Virus record (IMG/VR): IMGVR_UViG_3300028048_000089
Location: 51,329 to 115,328 of that record
Source of the DNA: a virus
Lineage: Duplodnaviria; Caudoviricetes
Direction: 5' to 3' (one strand)
DNA length: 64,000 nucleotides
Notes under the pieces: model-generated
What the model was told of the DNA's origin: nothing
Database searches by the model: none
Seen by the model: the letters and a program-made list of their open reading frames with translations, nothing else
Made by a program: the position numbers and the translations under genes
In this document: positions 28,367-38,400 of the stretch, piece by piece
How the letters are laid out: every line of letters starts with the position of its first letter
How positions within the stretch are numbered: position 1 is the first letter of the stretch

Positions 28367-31300
28367 TTACTTCTTATTAATAATAAAATCTTTTTTATAA
28401 ATAGTTTCTTTATAGTTACCGTTATCATCAAAAGAACCAATGGCATCTTGGCCATGCTCTAAAGCAAACTTCTCTGCTTCTGGTCTATCTTTAAATAATT
28501 TATTTAATCCACAACTTGCTTGTGCATCTCCATCTGTACTACTCCAAGTACCTATTGAGTCAGCAATTGCTGATTCTTCACTACTTTGTAGTTCATTTAA
28601 TGCCTTTATAAATTCATCTTTATTTATTTCACTAATTCTTTTATTCCAATCTTTACTCTTAAATTCAACACTATAGGCGCTCTTTAATACATCTTTTCCA
28701 GATAAATCTTCACCTGTATTTTTATCAAAAGTTCCACCGTTGTTTGAAAGAGTTGCATTATAAATCTTTTCACACACTTCTTTACTAAAGTCTTCTTCTA
28801 AGTGTTCTAGAGAAAGTTCTTTACTAACACATTGTTTTCTTAAATCTTTTAAGTTATCTAAGTAACCTAAATTTCTAAATTCTTTAAAGACTAAATTACC
28901 AAGACCATATTCACCATCGCTTGCAATAGAGGATTTTCTTAAATCATAAATATCTTCAATAAAGTCTTCAATACTTTCAGCAGTTGGTTCACCATTAATT
29001 AAATTAAAGTATTTATCTTCCCATTCCATGAAGAGTTTATCAAATGCACTCTCATCTAAATCAGGAATATCTTTTTGTTCAGGTTTCTTTAACCAACCAT
29101 TATTTAAGGAATAAATGCCATTACTTTTTGCTTGTGGTTCATCCATTTCAACATAGATTTCACTTGGAATACCTTTGATTTTAATATCATAATTCTTATT
29201 AAACATACTTCTATAAGCACTATATAATAAAGGATATAAATCATCTGGGCATTCTAAACCACTTGAATCTGCAATTAAGTGAATATCTAAATCACTATCT
29301 TTTGTATAGTTATAAGAAACATTACTACCTAATAAAACAATATCTTTAAGAGTAAATCTAATACCATCTTCATTTAGTTCTCTAATAAATTGATAAGCAA
29401 TTTGTTCAATCTTATCTTTAATTTCAGGTTTTAATTCTTCACCATCAAAGAGTTTAGGATTTAATTCATCATGTTTTTCAATATCTTCATCAATAAGAGA
29501 TTTATCTAAATCAACAAAGAAATTATCGCCATCCCAACCATAATTAATTACTTCATAATCTTTGTCATTATAATTAATTATATATGTTAAAATTGGTTTA
29601 CTTTCATCTTTTCTAACATTATAGTTAGCATTTGTAAGGATTTCAAAGACATCTTTACCACTTGGTTTATCAATTAGAATATTGTGTTTTTCAATACCTT
29701 CTTTAATTTCATTTGTTTTAGTATATCTTTCTGGTGAACCAAATTTTTTAATTAAATACTCTTCGGGACATCCAAATATCGCTCTAAGTGGTCCAGTCCA
29801 TTGGGGTGCTAGAGGGTCAGACCTTGGGCACTCTCTACGATAAGGACAATCTTTACAACTAAATGCAACATGTTTTTCAATATCTTCTTCTATAGACTCT
29901 TGTTTTTTATTCTCACCCCAACCTAAAATAGTAATGTTTGTAGCAGGTTTGTTTGTCTTTCTATTAGATACTAAATCATCTTGACCAAGAACAATATCAA
30001 ACCAATATTGAGGTGCTTGAGATAAATCAGGTTCATATAGAGCATCAGTTGTACTATATGGGTCATTTGTATAAACACTATATCTATACTTGTCTCCTAA
30101 ATCATATTCTTGTTTTCTTAATGAAGAAACATCTCTAGGTTTTGCCCAGCCATTATTTTTAAGTATTTCAGTTGCTTGTTTAATTGATAATGGAGTAAAA
30201 ATACAATTTTGATTACCTAAGTCAAAATGTATTTCTTTTGCTCTTAAATCTGAAGGAAGAATCTTCAACAATTCTTTATTTGCAGTTGCATCATTAATAC
30301 CAGACACACCAATAATACCTTCTTCTAAGTCATCACCAGGATTAAAATCAATTTCAACTTTCTTTAATTGACCATCTTCTTGCTCATCCCATTTAACTTT
30401 TTCAACATTAGAAAGATTAATGCCCATTTCATTAGGAATAACATCTAAAGGTAAAGGACATTCTTCTGCATCTTTTTCAATATTCTCATTATCTCTAACT
30501 TGAATCTCTTTAACTTCTTCTTTTAATTCTTTGCCATATTTTTTAACATATGCTCTCGCATCTTCAATAGAATCAAAATCAGAAGTTGAATTAGCCCAAC
30601 CTCTATTCATCCATCTATTTGTTGCAGGATTAAAATCTTGGGTTCTAAAATAAACTTGATAAATAACTTTATCTTTACCTTTTCTAGCAACACCATTTAC
30701 TGTCTTGAAATTATGTTGAATTGTCTTAACAATTTTATATTCATTTGTTTCTTCAACAACTTCATCATTTGTATCTTCTTCTAAAGATTCATTTTTATTT
30801 TGTTTGCCTAATTTAAAATCATATTCAAATAATAAATCTAAAACAACAGGATTAGATGTTAATCTACTTTGTTTTTGATTAAATACTAAACCTTCACTAT
30901 AATCATCAATTGTTTGACCAGTATTCTTGTCATAAGACCACTCTAAGAATTCTTTTGGCATATCTTTAACAATATCTTCTTTTGTAGAAATATCTGCAAT
31001 CCAAGAACTCCAAGATTTATTTGCTTGATAATTAATTTCAACATCTGTACCATCTCTTTTATTTAAAGCATCAACTTTTTCTTGAGTTGACTTCATTAAA
31101 GAATCACCTGCAACAACAGTAATATTTGTAATTGCTCTTCTCAACCAAGCAAGTAATTCTTCAATATCACCTTTATAAGATTTCTCTATAACACCAGAAT
31201 ACTTTCTTAAAGTTTTCATACTTGCATCTTTTAACAATCTTTTGTATTCATCATAGTATGCAAGTTCAAATTCTGTTAAAGCAATACCTTCTTTTATTTG

Positions 31301-32434
31301 CTTCTCTAAATACTTAAAGTAAGTTTTATTCTTTGCAAGTATATCATTTCTTGCTTCTTGCTTTGCTCTATCAACATCACTCATTGATTGTGCTGGCTCA
31401 TCTTCAATTTCAAAAGTTGGTTCATCTTCAACTTTATATTTGTCTAATAAAGCATTAACATCTGCATCATCACTAGAGATAAGACCATTTTCAACACATG
31501 TTTTAACTGAAACACTTTTACCATTAGAAAGAGTTAATAATGTATCTTCATCATCTTCTTCAACTTCTTCAATTGTAACATCATCACCTTTATAAGTAAC
31601 TTTTTTACCAACTAATGAATCACCTGCAGACTCATAGATATCAGACTTATTAGCAATTCTCTTATCAACAAGCTCTTTAGCTGCATCAATATCTTTCATA
31701 CTACCAACTAAAGTACCTTTTGGGTCATAAACTTTCCAGTAGTTTTTCATATTTGTAAAAAGATTATAACCAGGATGATATACAAGTTTATAGTCTTTGT
31801 ACATTTGAACTTCTTTATCTTCTTCTAAAGAACAGTCTTCTTCTTTAACAACTTTCTTTTTGCCTTTTTTAGGACCTTTGAATTGAACAAAGTAAGCAGT
31901 ATGGTCAATTGCAAATCTATCATCATCTGACCAATAATCAACATCATCATAATGTTTACTTAGAATTTCCCAAGCTGCTCTTGCTTCAGATTCAAAAGAA
32001 TATCTAAATATATCTTCCTTTGTGAAATTATTAGTTTCTCTCTTTAATTCATCATATACTTGTTTCTTATTGAAAGGTTTAGCATCATCCATGTAGTCTT
32101 CCTCCATATTAAATGAATCATTAGTTTCTTTACCAAGTTTATTAATATCAACTTTAGTTGTGTCTTCTTTAACAATATCTCCATAAGATAAACTCTCATG
32201 AGCGATAACAACTTTATCAACTAAGTTTTCACCACCTGGTATTCTATATACATTATAACCATTATTTTCTGCTATGTCAATTACTTCTGAAGAGGATAAA
32301 CCATAATTATTAGTAATCTCCTCAATATCAAAATAAGATGGTACTTCTCTTCCATCAGCATAAGTATGTGTTAATTCATCCATAACACTTAATATGACAT
32401 CATATTCTGTTGCTTCTTGTAATCTTTTTCTCAT
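28367..32434 (-). CDS. 1355-aa polyvalent protein containing a Pol-beta-superfamily nucleotidyltransferase domain
   Basis: DIVLLGSNVSYNYTKDSDLDIHLI (GS...DxD) near 29270-29345; about a dozen [LIV]xE[ED] linkers between unrelated segments. Confidence 0.75.
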   Translation of the reverse strand: MRKRLQEATEYDVILSVMDELTHTYADGREVPSYFDIEEITNNYGLSSSEVIDIAENNGYNVYRIPGGENLVDKVVIAHESLSYGDIVKEDTTKVDINKLGKETNDSFNMEEDYMDDAKPFNKKQVYDELKRETNNFTKEDIFRYSFESEARAAWEILSKHYDDVDYWSDDDRFAIDHTAYFVQFKGPKKGKKKVVKEEDCSLEEDKEVQMYKDYKLVYHPGYNLFTNMKNYWKVYDPKGTLVGSMKDIDAAKELVDKRIANKSDIYESAGDSLVGKKVTYKGDDVTIEEVEEDDEDTLLTLSNGKSVSVKTCVENGLISSDDADVNALLDKYKVEDEPTFEIEDEPAQSMSDVDRAKQEARNDILAKNKTYFKYLEKQIKEGIALTEFELAYYDEYKRLLKDASMKTLRKYSGVIEKSYKGDIEELLAWLRRAITNITVVAGDSLMKSTQEKVDALNKRDGTDVEINYQANKSWSSWIADISTKEDIVKDMPKEFLEWSYDKNTGQTIDDYSEGLVFNQKQSRLTSNPVVLDLLFEYDFKLGKQNKNESLEEDTNDEVVEETNEYKIVKTIQHNFKTVNGVARKGKDKVIYQVYFRTQDFNPATNRWMNRGWANSTSDFDSIEDARAYVKKYGKELKEEVKEIQVRDNENIEKDAEECPLPLDVIPNEMGINLSNVEKVKWDEQEDGQLKKVEIDFNPGDDLEEGIIGVSGINDATANKELLKILPSDLRAKEIHFDLGNQNCIFTPLSIKQATEILKNNGWAKPRDVSSLRKQEYDLGDKYRYSVYTNDPYSTTDALYEPDLSQAPQYWFDIVLGQDDLVSNRKTNKPATNITILGWGENKKQESIEEDIEKHVAFSCKDCPYRRECPRSDPLAPQWTGPLRAIFGCPEEYLIKKFGSPERYTKTNEIKEGIEKHNILIDKPSGKDVFEILTNANYNVRKDESKPILTYIINYNDKDYEVINYGWDGDNFFVDLDKSLIDEDIEKHDELNPKLFDGEELKPEIKDKIEQIAYQFIRELNEDGIRFTLKDIVLLGSNVSYNYTKDSDLDIHLIADSSGLECPDDLYPLLYSAYRSMFNKNYDIKIKGIPSEIYVEMDEPQAKSNGIYSLNNGWLKKPEQKDIPDLDESAFDKLFMEWEDKYFNLINGEPTAESIEDFIEDIYDLRKSSIASDGEYGLGNLVFKEFRNLGYLDNLKDLRKQCVSKELSLEHLEEDFSKEVCEKIYNATLSNNGGTFDKNTGEDLSGKDVLKSAYSVEFKSKDWNKRISEINKDEFIKALNELQSSEESAIADSIGTWSSTDGDAQASCGLNKLFKDRPEAEKFALEHGQDAIGSFDDNGNYKETIYKKDFIINKK

Positions 32435-32467
32435 AATTTAGTTCTATCTTAAAATTTAGCATAAATG

Positions 32468-35400
32468 CTATTCTTCATCATACTTTTCAAAATCATCATA
32501 TGCTTTATTTATATCAGGTAACCCTTTAATTGTAGGGAAAGTATCTCTCAAATCACCTTTATGCCAACATTCACCACCCATGGCATCCATACCATTATTA
32601 AATGGTGTACCATAGCCAACATGTGGGAAATCAGTCTCATCAAATAAACACCAATTTTCATCATCTACATATTCTAAAGCATATTTAGAATTCTTATTTT
32701 TCTTATTTAAGAAGAAATATATTGTTGCATCAAAGTCTTTTGTATGATGATTAAAATCAACTCTACCTTGGTCTGAATTGTTTCCAGTTATGCACCATTC
32801 AGTGCCTTTACCGTATTTAACAGATGCTTCATAGGTATTAATTTTTAAAACTAACCAATTATCATCTTCATATATTTTTTCAGAACCTGCTTTGCCTAAT
32901 TTATTTATCTCTCTTCTTGTTGGAGTTTGTTCAACATCATCTAATGCAGTTTTCAAACTATTAATTGCACTATCATGTGCCCATTCTTCATAGTTTGAAA
33001 TATCAGAGTATTCTTGAGCCCTTTTATACCTATCTTTAAGATTTAAAAGTTGCTTCTCATTTCCCATCCAATAATAAATATCTTTTGCTCTATCTGGTAA
33101 TCTATCTTTCAATTTAAAAAATCTATTAGCAAGTTCATCTCCTGCCCATTGTCTAAACTTTTCTATATCTTGCTTAGATTCATTTAGAGATTCACTAAAG
33201 AAACCACCTCTAATATATGCTTGATTAATTGCTCTAATAATATCATCAGCATCACTTACATCTAAATCAAATAACTCATCACCTACAGACGTATAGACTG
33301 CTAAAAGATTTTCTCCTTTACTATCTACTTTCTCTTCTGGGAATATATCATACCAATAAAATTTTCCTTCTGGTTCAAATAAGTCTTTTCTATCTAATAT
33401 CTTTCTAATTGCATTAAGTTGTTCTGGTGTAGGTCTTGCTTTATCTGGCATACTTAAATATGGGTAAGTAACATTCATTTTTATACAATTATCATAAATA
33501 GCATTTAGATTGTACCCTTTTTGATATGCCCAATCTTCAAAATCACTATGTTCATATATTGGGTCTTCTCCTACTTCATCCCAATATTCTTGAGCATTAT
33601 CTGGATTTAAGAAATGACCATTAGGAAGAATATAAGTTGACCACATATAAAGTTCTTCTTGTCCAAATTCTTTATCTAAAGCATCTAGAACATTATCTTT
33701 AACATCTTCATGTAAAGATTCTTTAATATTGTCATATTTGATGTTATATTTATCAGCATTCTGTTTTAATTCAGCATTAATGTTACTGTTAAAAATGTTA
33801 GGGAACTCATTTGTAGAATGAGCACCTTTAATGCTCACTATTTCTAAGACATTACTTAAGTCATATGATGACACACCAATTTCATCTAAGAAAACTATGT
33901 CATCATCATAATGATAATATGCTTTGCTTATTGTTTTAGTTTTATTAAAATTTTTAGCAACTGCATATCTACCCTTTGCAACTGCTACAATATCTTCCTT
34001 ATTAAATTTACATTTCAATGTTATTCTGTTTTTGTATATTCTGAATCTATAATAATCAGTATAGAACAGTATTATTTTTGTATTTCTATCAGTAACATTA
34101 TCAAAATGCACCCAATCATTATCATCAGGAATCCACTGACCCTCAATAACATCACCACTAAATAGTCTATAGAACTCATCATTTGTTATAGTTCTATAGC
34201 AAATAACCTCATCAGATAAATCATCTCTACTTATTGGTGTTGAAATTTCTATATCTTTGTTAAAAGTTTCTTCCTCTAATGATTCACCAAAGAAACCTCT
34301 AGACATAGCAAATTTAACATCACTTATAATCTCATCACTTGTAGGGTTATTAAATTGTAAGTCCCATTTTTGATGAGCATAATTTGTACCTACAAATGCT
34401 TGAATATCATAAATCTTCTTTGAGTATTTATTCTTAAGAATGTAATCAACAAAATCTTGTAATGAGTTTAGTTGACTTGAAGTTATTGAACTATAAGGAA
34501 TAACAAAGTACGCTCTATCTTCAATATCAGCTTTTGAGCCATCGTTAACTCTTATCAATTTAAAGAATCTAGTAAAGAAGTTTGTTAAGTTAGAAGTATC
34601 AAACTCATTTTCTATTTCTTGCTCATTAAGACCTTCAATATCCATTAAACATTGAAAAGCTAAATCACCATGCATTTCAAATCTTTTACCAGATAATAAA
34701 TACTTACCATCTGGCATAATAAATGCAGGACCACAAGATTGATATGTATTACTTACTAAATCAGGATATTTTTTACATATATCTTCCAAAGTAAATGAAA
34801 ACTCATCGCCCTTAATTTCTACTTCTTCATTCATATGTTTAAAATAATGAACTTGTTGAAGTCTCTTTTCAGCTTCTTTCTTAGTATCATAAGTTCCTAA
34901 GTTCTTAGTTCCATCTTCACTTTGAACTTGATATTTACCATTATTTAATTTAACTATTTTTTCATTTAGTTGTTTAAATTCATCTAAACTATATATTTCT
35001 AAATTGTGAGGTTTAGCATTCTTCTTTAACCAAATTTCATTTTCTGGGTACTGTTTATTTGCACTATAATAAACATAAGTATGCTGAGTTAATTTCCAAT
35101 CAACATCTTCTTCATTAATTTCTCCTACTAGAATAGTCTTAAAATTATTTCTATTAATGAAATTCTTATCTATTGTCCAATGTACACCTAAGTTATTTAA
35201 ATCAATTTGGTTTTTATCCTTCCAAAGTAACCCTCTATAAACTTTTAAAGGAAACTTTAGATTATTGCAAAAATCAACAACACTATCAAAATCATCCTCA
35301 TGGTCTTGAGTTGTCTTAGTGGCTAAATCTTTTTGAGAGTCTCCCATATTTTTAAAGTATCTCATTTGCTGATTGAAAAAATTCTTTTTAACTTCCTTTT

Positions 35401-38400
35401 TATTGGTGTTATATTCTTTTAAAGGCTCACTAAAGAACCCACCTCTAATATAGGCTCTATTAATTGCTTTAATAATATCATTTGCATCACTTACATTTTC
35501 TTTACTCATTAGAGAATAGCCAGCATATAATTCATTAAATTTATCTTCATCATGATGTGGATATTCTTTGTTTATCTTCTTAGCATATTTATTTACTCTA
35601 TCTATATGAGCATGAGTTCTTTCATCAAACTTCTTTTGATAATCTTCTTTGTCTATCTTCTCAGTTAAATAGCCTCTACCATATGCTTCTTTACACTTCT
35701 TAAGAATCTCATCTGTTGTATAATCACTATCATAATATGTCTTAGGTGCATAACTTTTAAAACCAACAGTTAATTTATGATGAAATCTAAAATACCAATC
35801 TAACCACATTAAAAGTGAATTCCATTGAGTTTCATTAGGCCTATCATCTGGTAACCAAATATATTCTTCAAAACCACCATTGACTCTAATACAACCTAAT
35901 CTTTCTAATTCTGGTGTTTCAACTTGCCAAAAATCTTCTTTTGCATAACCTTTATCATATAAGAATTGTTGAACATCTCTATGAGTAGCACTACCTGAAG
36001 CACTATATTTACTTACTGGTATCTTACTTCTCCAAATAGTTAGAAATTTTCCATCTGGCATAATATAACTTGGACCATCAATTGGTCTATCACTTGTACC
36101 TATTTCTTTTTCTGCAAATTCAATAGTACTCATATCAGCATCTTCATTCATATGCTTAAACATCTCAACATCTTTAAGTCTCTCCTCTGCTTCTTTCTTA
36201 GTATCATAAGTACCTAAGTTCTTTCCTTTTTCACTTTGAACTTGCCACTTACTTCCCTTTTTAACTATTTTTTCATCTAACTTTTTAGTTTCAATAATAG
36301 GTTTGGTATTGAACACTACAAAGGTAGTTTCTCCACTATGTTCCCAACACATACCATCAAAACCTAATTCAACTAAATGTTCTTTGAAATCTTTACTTAA
36401 AATATCTTTTTCAGTTATTTCTCTATTAAAGAACTTTTTGGCTTCTTCAAATACATCATTTGTTTCCAAATCATATATTTTAGAAGTATCTAAAATGCAA
36501 GTAAAGATGTTTTTACCATGTTCTTTCGCATACTTTTTATCAGTAGTGAACCAAACACCAGGTTCAGTTTTAATATGAGTTAAATCAAACTTGTCTATAT
36601 CACTATTAGTTCCGTGATAAACCATTATCACCTTATTATCTTTATTTTCGTTAGCAACTTTTTTAACTATTTTTTCTTTAAGAGATTCTCCTGCTTTAGC
36701 ATGTATATTACCACCTTTTCTAGGTTCCATAATTTTCTTAAATGTACCAGGTTTTAAATCATAAACAACTGTACCATAACCAAAATTATCAAGACCACTA
36801 AGTCCTTGAGCATCTTTATTAAGATGTGTAACATCAACACCTTCATAACCAAGGCCTTTCATAAGCATTGTAGATATAGAATCTTCACTATTACTTTCAT
36901 ATGCTTTATGAATAATATCTAAAAGAGTTTTTTCATTAACATTAAACATCTTACTTAATGTTTTCAATGCATACTTTAAACCTGAAATATTTCTTGCTTT
37001 ATAATGTATAGCATCTTCAACATGCTTTTCAATTTCACCTGATTTCATTGTGTCAATGTCTTTCCAAACATATTCTTCAAGGCCATATTTAGCAATAAAC
37101 TCTTTAACAAGTTTTCTATAATTATCTAATGACTTGTCTTGTTCTTTTACAGCATCTTCATAATCTTCACTATCATCGGATAAATCATCTAAATCATCAA
37201 AATCTAAATCAATGTCATCATCGTCTAAATCTTCATCAACAAGAGTCCAACCAATATTAAATAATTCATCATCTAATGCTTCTTCATCAAAATTAGAATT
37301 TAACCAAGTATCTAAACTTGGTTCATAACCATCATTAATTTCTTTTAATGTATCATGTAATCTATAAGCACTATCATTATCTTTTGGTTTATAGAGATTA
37401 TAATTATCTAATTCAATTTCATATATTGGTCTACTTGGTTCATAATCATACTTCTTTATCTTGTTATCTTTATCTAAACCATAAGGCCCTTCTTTACCAA
37501 CAAAATAGAAACCAGTACCAAAATGACCAGTACCTCTACCACCCATCATCTTTCTAGTATCTGTTTTCTTGGCATAATCTAAGTCACCCCAAGTGATTGC
37601 TTTCTCTTCATTTAAATCTTCATTTATGTGGTCTGCATATTTATAGTCTTTTATTTCTTTAGGCTCACCTAATGCTTTATAAAGTTGTGTATTTTCTAAA
37701 GAATTTTTATTTACTTGTGACCATTCTTTAGTTACATCTACAATTCTAGTATTTTCATAATCATACTCTCTTCCTGTAGAATAGTCAACAAAAATATTTA
37801 TCTTTTTATCATAAGGAACGACATTTAAGTAAACATTATTGGCTTTATTATAATCTCCACTAATATATCCATATTGTTTAGCATACGCAATCATATCTGC
37901 ATGTGTATTTCCATATGGGCTTCCTATTAACCACAATTCTTCTCCATTTACATGAACACCAACTAATTTAAGTGCTCTCTTACTGTTTAAGATTTTATTC
38001 TTAATTTCATAAGGAGAAGAGGAAATTAAAATTCCTGTTTGCTCTATTTCTTTTAAACTTTCATCTAGAGATTCTTCAATAACTTTAACAACTGAAGTAA
38101 AAGGAATAATGCCATGATATTCTACTGTTGAATCATTATCCAAAACATTCTCATCTATAAACAACTTTTCTTTATCTAATTTATTGGTATCTATTTTCAA
38201 TACAATAATATTGTCTGCATATTTATCATAATCTTCAACGTCATCTAACCATTCTGCAGTTTCAGCATAAGAATAAGCAACATCTTTATCTAAAGCAAGA
38301 TAAACAACACCTCTACCTTTACTATCAGACCACATTTTTCTTCCTGTATTTCCAAGACCTTTCTCTTTAATTGATTTTAAGAATGGCTTATATGTCGCAT

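Noticed and set aside
33192-36276. Diversity-generating retroelement template/variable repeat pair
   Set aside because: No reverse transcriptase in the window, and differences between the repeat copies are not confined to adenines.
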